Notes: generated by a model not told the origin, from the sequence alone. Numbered from the whole stretch's first letter, positions 11,140-24,269 are shown. The stretch: 63,927 nt of DNA, filler included, from Octopus bimaculoides (GCF_001194135.2; 4 parts of 3 records of this genome joined end to end with filler, not necessarily neighbours in it); one strand, 5' to 3'. Translations and numbers: made by a program.

Positions 11140-12560
11140 AAGTATAACATCAGAGTGAATGCTTGTTAATTAACTTCTTTCATAAAATTATTCTCAGTTT
11201 CCTGTAGGCATAAGTTGCATATTCTTGACTGGCACCGTACCGTTTTGGATTTCACAATACCGACCATGTTGTTATGTAACTTATCCTTTTTTTTAAAGTT
11301 TCCACACAAGGCTCACGAGCAAGAAGCATTGACTCTTGCACCTATAAGAAAATGATGCAACATGGTTTCTCAAACCGATTTTGAATAAGTCAGTCGGTGT
11401 ACCTGTGTATGGATATGTATGTGCACTTGTTTCCACTTTACATCTATATATATGTTGGTCTTTCTCAAACAGTAATTCTCATGAGGACATGCATTTTTGT
11501 CTATGAAGTCGCACTTTCTAGTTTCATTTCTTGTAATCTGGCTCTCTCTAATTTCAATGTTATTCCTATTTCGTATCACATTGAGCATATTGGTGTGGTT
11601 GTTTATTCTTTTTTCTATCTGGATTGCAACTGTGTGTTTCTTCCTCTACTCTATCTCTATTTGTTTCCGTCCCATTTTTTAAGTAATTTCTCCCATTTCC
11701 GTCTCGTTTTTTAAAGTCATTTCTCCCATTTCCGTCCCGTTAGTCATTTCTCCCATCCATGTTAATGTTGCCGTTTATATTAGGATTTTCAGACTATTTA
11801 TTAACTGACCTCTCAATGTGATCTTTTATTCCAATCATTACATCTGCATTCTTCTGAGTTTTTCTTTCACATTCTAATCTTAATTTATTTAGCTTTTTAT
11901 TATATACTTTGTGCATATAATATTCTAGATTGTGGGATGTTGCATATGACAATTTCACCATATGCCGTTTAAACATCTTATGATATCTACTACACCTAGG
12001 AAAATGTCTTTTTATTGCAGAGAAAAAATCACGAGCAATCTTGGATTCGACTTATAGTCGAAATACCGGAGAAAACCATAATATACCACCCTTATCAGAC
12101 GTATTATTAGGTTTAGTGTAACTATTCAAGTTTCTGCTATAGCCATTTTTATTCCGATTAAATTTGGTGATTTTATTCTTAACCGCTTTTTTTTTCTTCT
12201 CTCTGATCGTATGATTATTTTTATACATTCTTATTCGACATTTACCTTCATACTTATTGCCATTTTTGTCCTCCGTACTTTTTATCCTGCCTATATTATT
12301 ATCCAGTTTCTCATTATGCTTATCCACACAACTTTCCCTTTTAACGTTATATCCATTTTTACATTCATCCATTAGTCTATTATTAAGTGAATATTTCATT
12401 TTGTCTTTATATCCACCTAAGCTAGTGCTATGTTGTAGTGCTTTGCGTTTGCATTAAATATTGTTTCATTTGCAGATAGTCTTGAAATTCTATTGTACAC
12501 CCTTTTTGTCTTTCCACTTTTTAATACCGAATGTGGATGAATTGAGTTTGTGCTAACATA
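11140..12560 (-). mobile_element. Decayed Penelope-like element, C-terminal half
   Basis: GGILWFSPVF, FKRHMVKLSYATSHNL, KCDFIDKNACPHENYCLRKTNIY, RNHVASFSYRCKS, ICNLCLQE across frameshifts. Confidence 0.72.
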
Positions 12561-12613
12561 TTTCAAATTTTCGCTTAGTTTCGTTTCGTTTGGTATATAT
12601 ACACATGTATATG

Positions 12614-12652
<39 letters not shown>

Positions 12653-13439
12653 ACACATAGATATAGAGAAAATGTAAGCGGTGTCTCGTTAACATTAACT
12701 ATAACATGAAAACTATTGTACAATTGTAGGGCATTGAATGTTGCGTAAATACATCCATAATTGATTATTCCAGTCAGATCCACGGGAATCATCATCAATA
12801 TTCATATAAATTATGAATCATCATAATTAAGAAACTCCCGAGAGAATGGTCCCATTACTTCCTTTTAAAGAGTTCACTGACAATAGTCGTATGATCAACA
12901 CCAATAGACAGCAAAAGTTCAACATGCATCAACCACATCCTTTAATCAAGAGATTCTGATCATTGATATTGTCATACGATTCCACTTGTATACAGACCAG
13001 ACGCAAATACGCAAACACACGTACGCACTCACTCACACGCGGGCGTACACACACACATACACACTCACACACACACATACACATACACACACGCACGCAC
13101 ACACACACATATATACACACACGTGATCGACCAGCTACACAAATACGATGTATGTTTATGTATGTATATATCTATATATACCTGTATGTAAGCATGCAAG
13201 CATGTATGTATATTTGTATGTATGTCTGTATGTGTACACATATATAAATGTACGTATGTGCGTCTTTATTTTGGGTTTAGCTTCCGGTGTGGTTAGTTTA
13301 CATATCCGTATTTTAGCGGGTCGGTAAAAGGATCGATAGAATATGTACCATACTTTAAAAAAAATTAGTACTGCAGTCAATTTGTTCGACTAGCCAATGA
13401 AGGCGCTACCCCAGCACAGCCGTAGTCCGAACTAAAAGA

Positions 13440-13985
13440 TGCACTCATCATCAGGAACTACCCACCTTCACTAAATGACATATGCTTTCAACATCCACGA
13501 ACTCAGACATCCCAAATTAAAGAAGGAGTTCCAACCAAAAGCCTTACAATATATCTCCACACACAACCTTCTTAACAATCCTTCACCATCCTTCAAAACA
13601 TTCCCCTACAAAAAATTGACCACAGAATGAACTTAATCCTCCAAACACACACCATTATAAAAAGCAAGAGAGAGCCCAAATGTATGCAAAGTCTCCTAAC
13701 ACAAGCCCGAATACGCTCAACAACAACACTGTCAGTAAAAAAATGCGGGAGACCCAACTGTGGCATATGCGTCAATTTAATTGAGGGATCAAAGTTCTCC
13801 CTCAAACATGGACAACGTTTCACATTGAAAAGCAGCTTCACGTGTGCTTCGGAGAACCTGATATACTCACTAACCGGATCTGGGTGTCAAGTGCAATACA
13901 TAGTTCAAACAAAAAGCAGTCTACGTCAAAGGATGGCTCTGCACAGATCCCAGATCAAAATTCCGAAAAGCAGAAACATAGCATT
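13440..13985 (+). mobile_element. Penelope-like GIY-YIG domain fragment running into a gap
   Basis: KKCGRPNCGICVNLIEGSKFSLKHGQRFTLKSSFTCASENLIYSLTGSGCQVQYIVQTKSSLRQRMALHRSQI. Confidence 0.85.
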
Positions 13986-14827
13986 NNNNNNNNNNNNNNN
14001 NNNNNNNNNNNNNNNNNNNNNNNNNNNNNNNNNNNNNNNNNNNNNNNNNNNNNNNNNNNNNNNNNNNNNNNNNNNNNNNNNNNNNNNNNNNNNNNNNNNN
14101 NNNNNNNNNNNNNNNNNNNNNNNNNNNNNNNNNNNNNNNNNNNNNNNNNNNNNNNNNNNNNNNNNNNNNNNNNNNNNNNNNNNNNNNNNNNNNNNNNNNN
14201 NNNNNNNNNNNNNNNNNNNNNNNNNNNNNNNNNNNNNNNNNNNNNNNNNNNNNNNNNNNNNNNNNNNNNNNNNNNNNNNNNNNNNNNNNNNNNNNNNNNN
14301 NNNNNNNNNNNNNNNNNNNNNNNNNNNNNNNNNNNNNNNNNNNNNNNNNNNNNNNNNNNNNNNNNNNNNNNNNNNNNNNNNNNNNNNNNNNNNNNNNNNN
14401 NNNNNNNNNNNNNNNNNNNNNNNNNNNNNNNNNNNNNNNNNNNNNNNNNNNNNNNNNNNNNNNNNNNNNNNNNNNNNNNNNNNNNNNNNNNNNNNNNNNN
14501 NNNNNNNNNNNNNNNNNNNNNNNNNNNNNNNNNNNNNNNNNNNNNNNNNNNNNNNNNNNNNNNNNNNNNNNNNNNNNNNNNNNNNNNNNNNNNNNNNNNN
14601 NNNNNNNNNNNNNNNNNNNNNNNNNNNNNNNNNNNNNNNNNNNNNNNNNNNNNNNNNNNNNNNNNNNNNNNNNNNNNNNNNNNNNNNNNNNNNNNNNNNN
14701 NNNNNNNNNNNNNNNNNNNNNNNNNNNNNNNNNNNNNNNNNNNNNNNNNNNNNNNNNNNNNNNNNNNNNNNNNNNNNNNNNNNNNNNNNNNNNNNNNNNN
14801 NNNNNNNNNNNNNNNNNNNNNNNNNNN

Positions 14828-14864
<37 letters not shown>

Positions 14865-14929
14865 CAAATATACATATATATATATGCGCGCGCGCATGTG
14901 TATATGTGTATATATATACATATATATAT

Positions 14930-15065
14930 ACCTGGGGCTTCTTTCAGTTTCCGTCTATCTGATCCCCTCACAAGGCTTTGAGATGGTTGCCGAATGTGCT
15001 GCACAGTGGAACTTAATCTGGAACCATGTGGTTGGGAAGCAAGCTTCCTACCACACAGCCACGCC
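14930..15065 (-). mobile_element. SINE family A, 5' half
   Basis: Reverse-complement match to 3941-4097. Confidence 0.8.
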
Positions 15066-15462
15066 AGCCCGTATATTTACGTCTTTTATATATTTTGAGA
15101 GGACACATCTGCCTAATGTTTGAGCGAACAATAATCTACGAATGCTTCTAAAAGATTTTGCATAACACTCAGCTATTTCATATATCACACAACACCTTAA
15201 TCTACATACGCGTAAGAAAATTGAATGATCTGTTATTCAGGAAATGTCTGCGTCATTTTTTAATGATTCCAGCATCAGGTGACACAATATATGCATCAAA
15301 TTGAAGATTCCTTTTATAATGGTTTACGTTTCGTTGAGCTGAGCATAATATCTGCTATCTGCGAATTGAAGGAAAATAAAGGAAATGGAAATTTGCAAGC
15401 CACTTAATTATACATACATACATACATACACACATGCATACATACATGCATGCATACATACA

Positions 15463-15529
<67 letters not shown>

Positions 15530-15713
15530 NNNNNNNNNNNNNNNNNNNNNNNNNNNNNNNNNNNNNNNNNNNNNNNNNNNNNNNNNNNNNNNNNNNNNNN
15601 NNNNNNNNNNNNNNNNNNNNNNNNNNNNNNNNNNNNNNNNNNNNNNNNNNNNNNNNNNNNNNNNNNNNNNNNNNNNNNNNNNNNNNNNNNNNNNNNNNNN
15701 NNNNNNNNNNNNN

Positions 15714-15745
<32 letters not shown>

Positions 15746-16489
15746 TACACATACTCACAGATACATGCATATTTATATACAATTATCTTAATATTAGCCG
15801 TCTCTGATATGTCTGCGGAAGAGACAAAATGGCTTTTATGGCACTAAGAGTTTTTAAGTATATCCATCTATCTATCTAGCTAGCTAGCTAGCTATCTATC
15901 TACCTACCACTTTGTGTATCGGTCTACTTATCTGTTCCCCTATATATCTATCTAATCTGTCTGTTTATATATTAAAAAGCTTGTTATATTTCACATGAGT
16001 AAATTTATATTAAAAGACAAAACGAAGAAAATGTTTAGAGAACTTTATCATGGATGAAAAGAAGTATTTACATTTTCATTAAAATGTACTGCCTATTTCA
16101 ATCGCTTAAAAACACGGTTTAGTCATCCTGAAATAAAAAGAAATATATTGAAATAAATTAAATCCAATCAAACTTTCATGATATCACTTCTGGAAGTTCA
16201 TGTTTTTCTTACAAAAATTACATGGTGCCGAAATTACACTTCCTTCTAACTTCTTCCTGGCTAATAGTAGCTGCAGTAGTAGCAGTAGTAGAAGTAGTAG
16301 TAGCAGCTCTTACTGGTAGCAGTAGCAACAGTAGCAAGAATGACTGTTAGTCGTAGCAACAGCAAAATGATAATCACTAGTGGTACCAGTTACCAATTAA
16401 GTGGCTGTCGTAGTCTTGGTCGTTTCATTCTAACAAGCAGCAGTAGCGGTCGTAATGGCTTCCTCAAACGTTGTTGTAGGTCCGGGACT

Positions 16490-16910
16490 TGCTTTTCTTC
16501 TTCTCTCCTACATCTATTCGGAAGTGGTCCGTAATTGTTTATGGAGGTTATTTCTTTATTGAGACGTTCTGATGTGTTGTGTAATGCAAAAATAGTGGGG
16601 GAGGGGATCGTAAAATTACCCGCACGTGTATCTATATGCTCTCCGAGCCCTATTTGTCTGTATTCCCGCATTTAATTTGTCCTACGTAATGCTCTCCACC
16701 CACTGTACATGTATTAGCATAGATTAGGTGTTCAGAAACATAGGTGAAGCGATTTTCTGTTGTGAAGTGTTGTCCGTGTTTAAAACAGATATCCGATTTT
16801 CCTGTCAAGCTAAAACATACACCGCATTTGAGGCTCGCGCATTTATTTTTGTACTTTTGCTCTTGCTCTCATTGTGGGAAGTTCGGTAGTTGTTAGTATA
16901 ATTTTTGTTG
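16490..16910 (-). mobile_element. Penelope-like GIY-YIG fragment, same family as 13440 and 4140
   Basis: KCASLKCGVCFSLTGKSDICFKHGQHFTTENRFTYVSEHLIYANTCTVGGEHYVGQ, then EHIDTRAGNF...RLNKEITSINNY. Confidence 0.8.
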
Positions 16911-16927
16911 ATTTGGAATGTCTTTAC

Positions 16928-17150
16928 GTGGAGGCGCATGGCTTAGAGGCTAGGGTGTTGGACTCATGATCGTAACATTGTGCTTTCTACTCTTGGAGCG
17001 GGCGATACGTTGTGTTCTTGAGCAAAACAATTAATTTCATGCTACTCGAGTCCACTCGGCTGATAAAAATGAGTAATACTGCGATGGACCGGTGTCTCGT
17101 CTAAGGAGGAATGTATACACCAGAGAATCCGGGAAACTGGCTCTGTGCTT
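16928..17150 (+). mobile_element. tRNA-derived SINE family C
   Basis: Head ggaggcgcatggcttag..gttagggtgttggac; ttgtgttcttgagcaaaaca and gtccactcggctg..aaaaatgagta blocks shared with 37625-37750. Confidence 0.7.
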
Positions 17151-17599
17151 TTTATAGAGTAATGTGGGTTAGGAAGATTTACTTCAGTTTAGTGCCTTTT
17201 CTCAGCGTCAGGGTGTTTTTTTAAGATGATACCTTAAACACTCGTTTTTTTTTTTCTGTAAATGGGAATATATGGATGGACTTTCACTTCCGATATGTTT
17301 TGTTTGTCTTAGATAGTGAACTCCCTGGCTCATTGTAGTCCATTGTTGATTAAGGATGGTGGGTAATTCCTGTCAACGACTGCATCCTTCTGTTCTTGAA
17401 GTGTTATGTCACGATGTTAGCATCGGATGCTGACACTTCTCTAAATGATATATTGCTTAAAACTGAGGCTATCTTGAATAAAGCTGAACAGAACTGCACT
17501 GGTCTGCACCAAACGTTTTGTGAGTAATATCAGTGTAGTTATAGGGGTGAAATTTCGACAATGAACTGTTCATTTTCTTCTTCATTAATGACACTACTC

Positions 17600-18330
17600 C
17601 CGGATCTACAAAACAAGGAAATCATCCAATATGCTGCCAGTTCTGCCAAAAGAGAATCCAGCAAGCCCGATATCCTACAGTACTGTTTGTAGGTGTTATT
17701 CTGAGCGCAGACAGACATAGAGTCCACTTTTTCAGGAGCTGACGGACGATCATTCTAACACACGATAGAAGCCCACCTTTTTTTAGCACCATTAATCTTC
17801 CTAAATAGTTGAGCAAAGTCCAGCTGAAAAACTGTACACATTCACCACAGCCGTTCGTCAAAACCCGCATCTTGTCTTGGTACAGCGACGTACCTCTGCC
17901 ATCTGGATCCATTGAGGGGCCTTAGTACAACTATGTCTTTGTACGTGCACTTTGGGAGACTATAGCCTTTTGATTTTAAGACGCAATGGGAAGTAACGAA
18001 GTTATAAAGCCGCCCTCAGATAATCCGATAGCATAACAAGACACTATACAGACACGAAATCCAACGGTTTTAAAAGAAGATTCACACAACTCATGCACTC
18101 TTTCAGGTGTAGGGATCGTGAAAACTATACCTCTCTGTCCTGTTTCATCAATTAGAGCACGTAGTCGCCACCTGGAACACATAACTGTCAACATTGTTTC
18201 TGTGAGAAACTACACATATTACATTAGCACATATTACATGACCCATCTTTTTGTTGCAACCACACCAGAAGCAATTTAATACCCTAATGTCGCTGATATG
18301 CCATCCATCGCACAGACTGCCGTTAAAGTG
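17600..18330 (+). mobile_element. Decayed Penelope-like GIY-YIG C-terminus
   Basis: NGFKRRFTQLMHSFRCRDRENYTSLS, CQHCFCEKLHIL, NHTRSNLIP*CR (like FKxRxxxHxxSF...CxLCLxEK...NKRSELxSKCRH). Confidence 0.65.
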
Positions 18331-18555
18331 ACACCAGCATCCGATCAACATCCTGAGGATAAGATGTGAATCGAGGCCTAAATACCGCAGCCGTTTTGAA
18401 TTTCTTTGAAAGTCTCTCTACTCTGTCTTCGAACGAAGCAGGCGTGTCCTGTTCACTCCCGATATTTGAAGTAATGTGGAGCTGACATAAACTGTTATTA
18501 AATTAAATAACTCCAACCAAATATGTTCAGTACTACATTTCCTGTTTATTCAGTC

Positions 18556-18589
<34 letters not shown>

Positions 18590-19369
18590 NNNNNNNNNNN
18601 NNNNNNNNNNNNNNNNNNNNNNNNNNNNNNNNNNNNNNNNNNNNNNNNNNNNNNNNNNNNNNNNNNNNNNNNNNNNNNNNNNNNNNNNNNNNNNNNNNNN
18701 NNNNNNNNNNNNNNNNNNNNNNNNNNNNNNNNNNNNNNNNNNNNNNNNNNNNNNNNNNNNNNNNNNNNNNNNNNNNNNNNNNNNNNNNNNNNNNNNNNNN
18801 NNNNNNNNNNNNNNNNNNNNNNNNNNNNNNNNNNNNNNNNNNNNNNNNNNNNNNNNNNNNNNNNNNNNNNNNNNNNNNNNNNNNNNNNNNNNNNNNNNNN
18901 NNNNNNNNNNNNNNNNNNNNNNNNNNNNNNNNNNNNNNNNNNNNNNNNNNNNNNNNNNNNNNNNNNNNNNNNNNNNNNNNNNNNNNNNNNNNNNNNNNNN
19001 NNNNNNNNNNNNNNNNNNNNNNNNNNNNNNNNNNNNNNGTCCATGGGAAGAGCCGTTTTAACGATGCGTCTTGCCCAGCTCTTCGAAACGCCGGTGTTAA
19101 AACGGGGGTAGCTGATGAAGTAGAATGTTCTCTATGTGGCTTGTGTGTTTTCTCGTCTCTGTTTTGTTTGCAATGTCCTGTACCCAGATATGCACCTATA
19201 CATACAGGTGGATGTCGGTATGCACATACCTGTACGTATATATGCATATACTCATTTACTATTTGTTTTTACATGACTGAATGCAGCGTCTCCAATTGTA
19301 TGTATGTATGTATGTATGTATGTATGTATGTATGTATGTATATACATGCATATATGCCATGAAAATAGA

Positions 19370-20130
19370 GAAAACCAACCCTCTGTGATTCATCCGCTAA
19401 TGCCATACCTCCTGAAGAAATGATTCAATGAAAATGTTCAACAGGAAGCCCGAAGATACTAAAGGGTGCACTGTAATCATCCTAGGAATAGAGACTGGGA
19501 TCTTAAAAGTCATGTGATTTGTGGAAATGCCCGTAGCAATGCAGTAAATATTTATAATTTCCATCCTACGTGTGACCTCCCACTGCGTACTTCATCGAAA
19601 ATTTCATCGAAAATTTTGAGAAAAGAACTAAAGCTTACCGTGTTCAGGATTTTAAACGCTTGGCAAGGGCCTACCTTTCTTAAACACACACGTCCTCTGT
19701 CAAATGTTTTCTACCATAACAGTACAGCTAGTCGATTCCGATATCCGAAATTCTTTGGTGATGTCCCTCATTGCTTTTCCGAGATCATTATCGATAGCGT
19801 TTTGAAACTGTTGGATAAAATATGGTGTCTATATGTGGGTGTCTGAACGTTTGCCATGTCTTCTTTTTAATACAGTTGAAACATTCCTGCCAGAGGCATC
19901 CAAATCCATCCTCATTTTGTGTTCAAAAGATCTTGTAATATTTACAAAGTTAGCAATTTCTAAATCGCTGTGTTCTACATGTATGCGAACAATGAGAGTA
20001 AGACATTTTATATCGTGCGTTAGTATTTAATCTGGCATGGGTCATATGAAAGAAATAAAAACCTTTTTAATTGGCTTGAAGAGATTTATATACTCATGAT
20101 TAAGTGTCTTGAAATATTCTTCGCACCCTG
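19370..20130 (-). mobile_element. Tc1/mariner maT (DD37D)-like relic
   Basis: Terminus TA-CAGGGTGCGAAG at 20132-20119; HSDLEIANFVNITRSF, KRRHGKRSD, IDNDLGKAMRDITKEFRISES. Confidence 0.75.
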
Positions 20131-20246
20131 TATACAAAATCATACACAGATATACACATAACTATAATACAATATTATATTATATAATACAATATTATAT
20201 TATATAATACAATATAATATATTATATAATATTATATTATATGACA

Positions 20247-20284
<38 letters not shown>

Positions 20285-20292
<8 letters not shown>

Positions 20293-20730
20293 ACTTGGGG
20301 ATGGTCATATTGCCAGTTTAGCCAATAAAAACACGCACTGTATATTTGGTGTTAATTTGCTTCAGCTTTATATTACATTAATCTTAATCTTATTTCGGCC
20401 AGAGTTCTTTCGTCACACTTCTGTGACCTCATCAGTGGTTCTTTGTTTCTTTCTTTCTTATGTGTGTCTCACCTTGCTAACTATCAGCCATTTTGTATTT
20501 TGTATTCCTATTGTATGTGTCTACGCATGCGTGTCCTTCAATGTGTCTGTGTATTTTGTAAGTGCATGTGTGTATGGGGAGTGTCTGTATCACCTCTGTT
20601 CTCTGTTAATACGTGTTCGTTTGTATTTGTTTTTATTTATTTATTTGTTCATGTGTGTGTGTTTTTTTTGTGTTTAATTAAATTTTGTTAACGTATGTAG
20701 TATTTAATTCCATTTGTTTATCTATGTATT
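20285..20730 (-). repeat. Non-coding repeat carrying an intact-core hammerhead (probable PLE terminal-repeat derivative)
   Basis: Contains HHR 20399-20438; A/C-rich minus strand; abuts (TA)n at 20249-20284; repeat status is inferred because no second copy was found in the window. Confidence 0.5.
20399..20438 (-). ncRNA. Minimal type I hammerhead ribozyme, catalytic core intact
   Basis: CCA-CTGATGA-G-GTCACA-GAAG-TGTGAC-GAAA-G-AA-CT-C-TGG; perfect 6-bp helix II, 3-bp helix I, 2-bp helix III, CUC triplet. Confidence 0.8.
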
Positions 20731-20786
20731 ATATGGATAAATTAAGAAATGGAGTCAAACGCAGGCGTTATTCAAATAATTTATAC

Positions 20787-20873
20787 TTCCAACATATGCT
20801 TCGAAAACAGCATTCAGATTATTTCGGAGGGAATCAAAATGATGTAAAACAATGCTATCATCTCGTCAGGGGG
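20787..20873 (-). ncRNA. Type I hammerhead motif of family B (GAAA>GAAG)
   Basis: CC-CTGACGA-GATGATAGCATT...AATGCTGTTTTC-GAAG-C-ATAT-G-TT-GGAA; helix II 11/12 paired including G-U. Confidence 0.7.
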
Positions 20874-21149
20874 AAAAATGGAACAAGACACATCAATAAG
20901 CCATTTTAACCGAATGTGATTACCGCGTACGTAAGTATATGATGTAAGGAGAATGCTAGGAAGTTATAAATGTTATACAAAAAACATTTCACTTAATACT
21001 GGAATTTCTACCTTTATAAGTAGGCTGTAATATCATTGGCATTTATGTGAATTTTTACTAACCTGGTAACTATTTATTTTTTCTTTATAATTTGTACACA
21101 TTGAAAAAGTATATGTACACACACACACACACACACTCACACACACACA

Positions 21150-21191
<42 letters not shown>

Positions 21192-21932
21192 NNNNNNNNN
21201 NNNNNNNNNNNNNNNNNNNNNNNNNNNNNNNNNNNNNNNNNNNNNNNNNNNNNNNNNNNNNNNNNNNNNNNNNNNNNNNNNNNNNNNNNNNNNNNNNNNN
21301 NNNNNNNNNNNNNNNNNNNNNNNNNNNNNNNNNNNNNNNNNNNNNNNNNNNNNNNNNNNNNNNNNNNNNNNNNNNNNNNNNNNNNNNNNNNNNNNNNNNN
21401 NNNNNNNNNNNNNNNNNNNNNNNNNNNNNNNNNNNNNNNNNNNNNNNNNNNNNNNNNNNNNNNNNNNNNNNNNNNNNNNNNNNNNNNNNNNNNNNNNNNN
21501 NNNNNNNNNNNNNNNNNNNNNNNNNNNNNNNNNNNNNNNNNNNNNNNNNNNNNNNNNNNNNNNNNNNNNNNNNNNNNNNNNNNNNNNNNNNNNNNNNNNN
21601 NNNNNNNNNNNNNNNNNNNNNNNNNNNNNNNNNNNNNNNNNNNNNNNNNNNNNNNNNNNNNNNNNNNNNNNNNNNNNNNNNNNNNNNNNNNNNNNNNNNN
21701 NNNNNNNNNNNNNNNNNNNNNNNNNNNNNNNNNNNNNNNNNNNNNNNNNNNNNNNNNNNNNNNNNNNNNNNNNNNNNNNNNNNNNNNNNNNNNNNNNNNN
21801 NNNNNNNNNNNNNNNNNNNNNNNNNNNNNNNNNNNNNNNNNNNNNNNNNNNNNNNNNNNNNNNNNNNNNNNNNNNNNNNNNNNNNNNNNNNNNNNNNNNN
21901 NNNNNNNNNNNNNNNNNNNNNNNNNNNNNNNN

Positions 21933-22009
<77 letters not shown>

Positions 22010-22261
22010 CATACATACATACATACATAGCGAGGCAGAAAATATATATATGGACATCATCTTATCACGGACTCCCTAAATAACCTATGCACATACTTGC
22101 AAAAGCCATCATACATCTATATGTTATAAAGAGCAGCCAAATTTTCCTCAAAAAACACGATACTCAAATTGCATTTGGAGAGAACGCATTGGAATATGTA
22201 GTTGCATATAATACAACACACACACACACTCATAGACACACACACACACACACACTCACAG

Positions 22262-22295
<34 letters not shown>

Positions 22296-22319
22296 AAACG
22301 TACACATATATATCCTTTT

Positions 22320-22510
22320 AATTACTTTGGTCATTAGATTCCGGCCATGCTGGGGCACTGACTTGAAGAATTTTGGTCGAATGAACCGACAACCGACACA
22401 CACACATACACACGACTACGACGGGTTTCTTTCAATTTCTGTCTACCAAATTTTTGGTCGACCCGAGACAGTAGTAGAAGACACTTTGCACAAGGCTCTA
22501 CGCAGTAGAN
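22320..22510 (-). mobile_element. SINE family A, internally deleted copy running into a gap
   Basis: ggccatgctggggcactg tail and acgacgggtttctttcaatttctgtctacc block. Confidence 0.7.
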
Positions 22511-22855
22511 NNNNNNNNNNNNNNNNNNNNNNNNNNNNNNNNNNNNNNNNNNNNNNNNNNNNNNNNNNNNNNNNNNNNNNNNNNNNNNNNNNNNNNNNNN
22601 NNNNNNNNNNNNNNNNNNNNNNNNNNNNNNNNNNNNNNNNNNNNNNNNNNNNNNNNNNNNNNNNNNNNNNNNNNNNNNNNNNNNNNNNNNNNNNNNNNNN
22701 NNNNNNNNNNNNNNNNNNNNNNNNNNNNNNNNNNNNNNNNNNNNNNNNNNNNNNNNNNNNNNNNNNNNNNNNNNNNNNNNNNNNNNNNNNNNNNNNNNNN
22801 NNNNNNNNNNNNNNNNNNNNGAGCGGTCACGACCCTGCCAGCTTGTCGCCTTAGT

Positions 22856-23712
22856 ATTGGTTTCAAATTTTGGCACTAGGCCGGCAATTTCAGGAGATAG
22901 GTTAAGTCAATTACAACGATCCCAGTGCTCAGCTGGTACTTATTTTATCGACCTCGAAACGATGAAAGGCAAAGTCGACCTCAGTGGAATTTGAACTCAG
23001 AACGTAAAGACGGACGAAATGCCGCTTAGCTTTTTATCCGACATGCTAACGATTCTGCCAGCACGCCACTTTAATATTCTTTTCTACTCTAGGCACAAGG
23101 CCCGAAACTTTGGGGGAGGGGAGCCAGTCGATTAAATCGATCCCAGTACGCAACAGGTACTTAATTTATCGATCTTGAAAGGATTCTGAAAGGCAAAGTC
23201 GACCTCGGCGGAATTTAAACTCAGAACGTAAAGACGGACGGAATGCCGTTAAACGTTTTACCCGGCATGCTAATGATTCTGCTAGCACGCCACCTAAATA
23301 TTAATAATAATATTCGTTTCAAATTTCGGTACAAGGCCAATAATTTCAGGGGTAATGGTAAGTCGATTACGTCGACCTCTGTACTCGACTGGTACTTATT
23401 TTATCGGCTCCGATTGAGTGAAAGCAAAGTCAACCTCGGTGGAATTTGAAAGACGAATGAAATATCGTTAAGCATTTCGTCCGGCTTGCTTCCGATTCTG
23501 CGGGCTCGGCACCTTATTAGTATTGATTTCAGATTTTGGCACAAGGAGTTTGTAAGTTGATTACATCGACTGAGATGGTATTTTTTTTATCGACTCTGAA
23601 ATGATGAAAGGCATAGTCGAGCTCGGTGTAATTTGAACTCAGAATGTAAAGACAAACCAAACGCCACCAAGCATTATGCCTGGCGTGCTAACGATTCTGT
23701 CAGCTCACCGAC
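22856..23712 (-). mobile_element. Head-to-tail array of four tRNA-derived SINE family B copies
   Basis: Units about 22856-23072, 23078-23300, 23316-23517, 23526-23712; each has ggtactta.tttatcgac...gaaaggcaaagtcgacctcgg.ggaatttgaactcagaacgt. Confidence 0.9.
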
Positions 23713-24194
23713 TTTCTCCGATGAGTAACTCGGTTTAGTATTATTTTTTTTTTTCTCGTAGCCTATGCTCAGATTCGATCTCAAGAATTGGAACAAAGAG
23801 AATATGCTCAGCTAAATACAAGTTTTCGATACTTATAGCTTGAAATGTCATCTATACACACCAATTTTCTGTCTGGAGTAAGTTTGTGGGTTTTGACAGA
23901 AGTTCAGTGAGTACAGCTCTGATAGTGGGACGTAAATATTCGCTATTTGGTCGACAAGATCTCTTCTGAAATACTTAAGAAGTTGTGAGTCGTTATATTG
24001 TTACTACTGTTTTTAGTCATCGCACATTCGTTTATTTCTTTGGACGAGTAACATTTTCCTTTCTTTCTTTCATAACAACAATTAATGCACTTTATAATCG
24101 CCTTGAAAAATTAACTGTTCTTCAGACAAAATAATAAAATAACACAGTAATGAAAACTGAAGATGAATAAGAGGGTTAACATATATATATATAT

Positions 24195-24269
<75 letters not shown>

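Noticed and set aside
18350-18385. CTGAGGA followed by gat-gtga-atc after the PLE stop region
   Set aside because: GAAA is replaced by GAGG and there is no helix I; may be chance
22856-23712. CRISPR-like repeat-spacer appearance of the SINE arrays
   Set aside because: Units are about 200-bp diverged tRNA-derived SINEs in eukaryotic DNA with no cas genes
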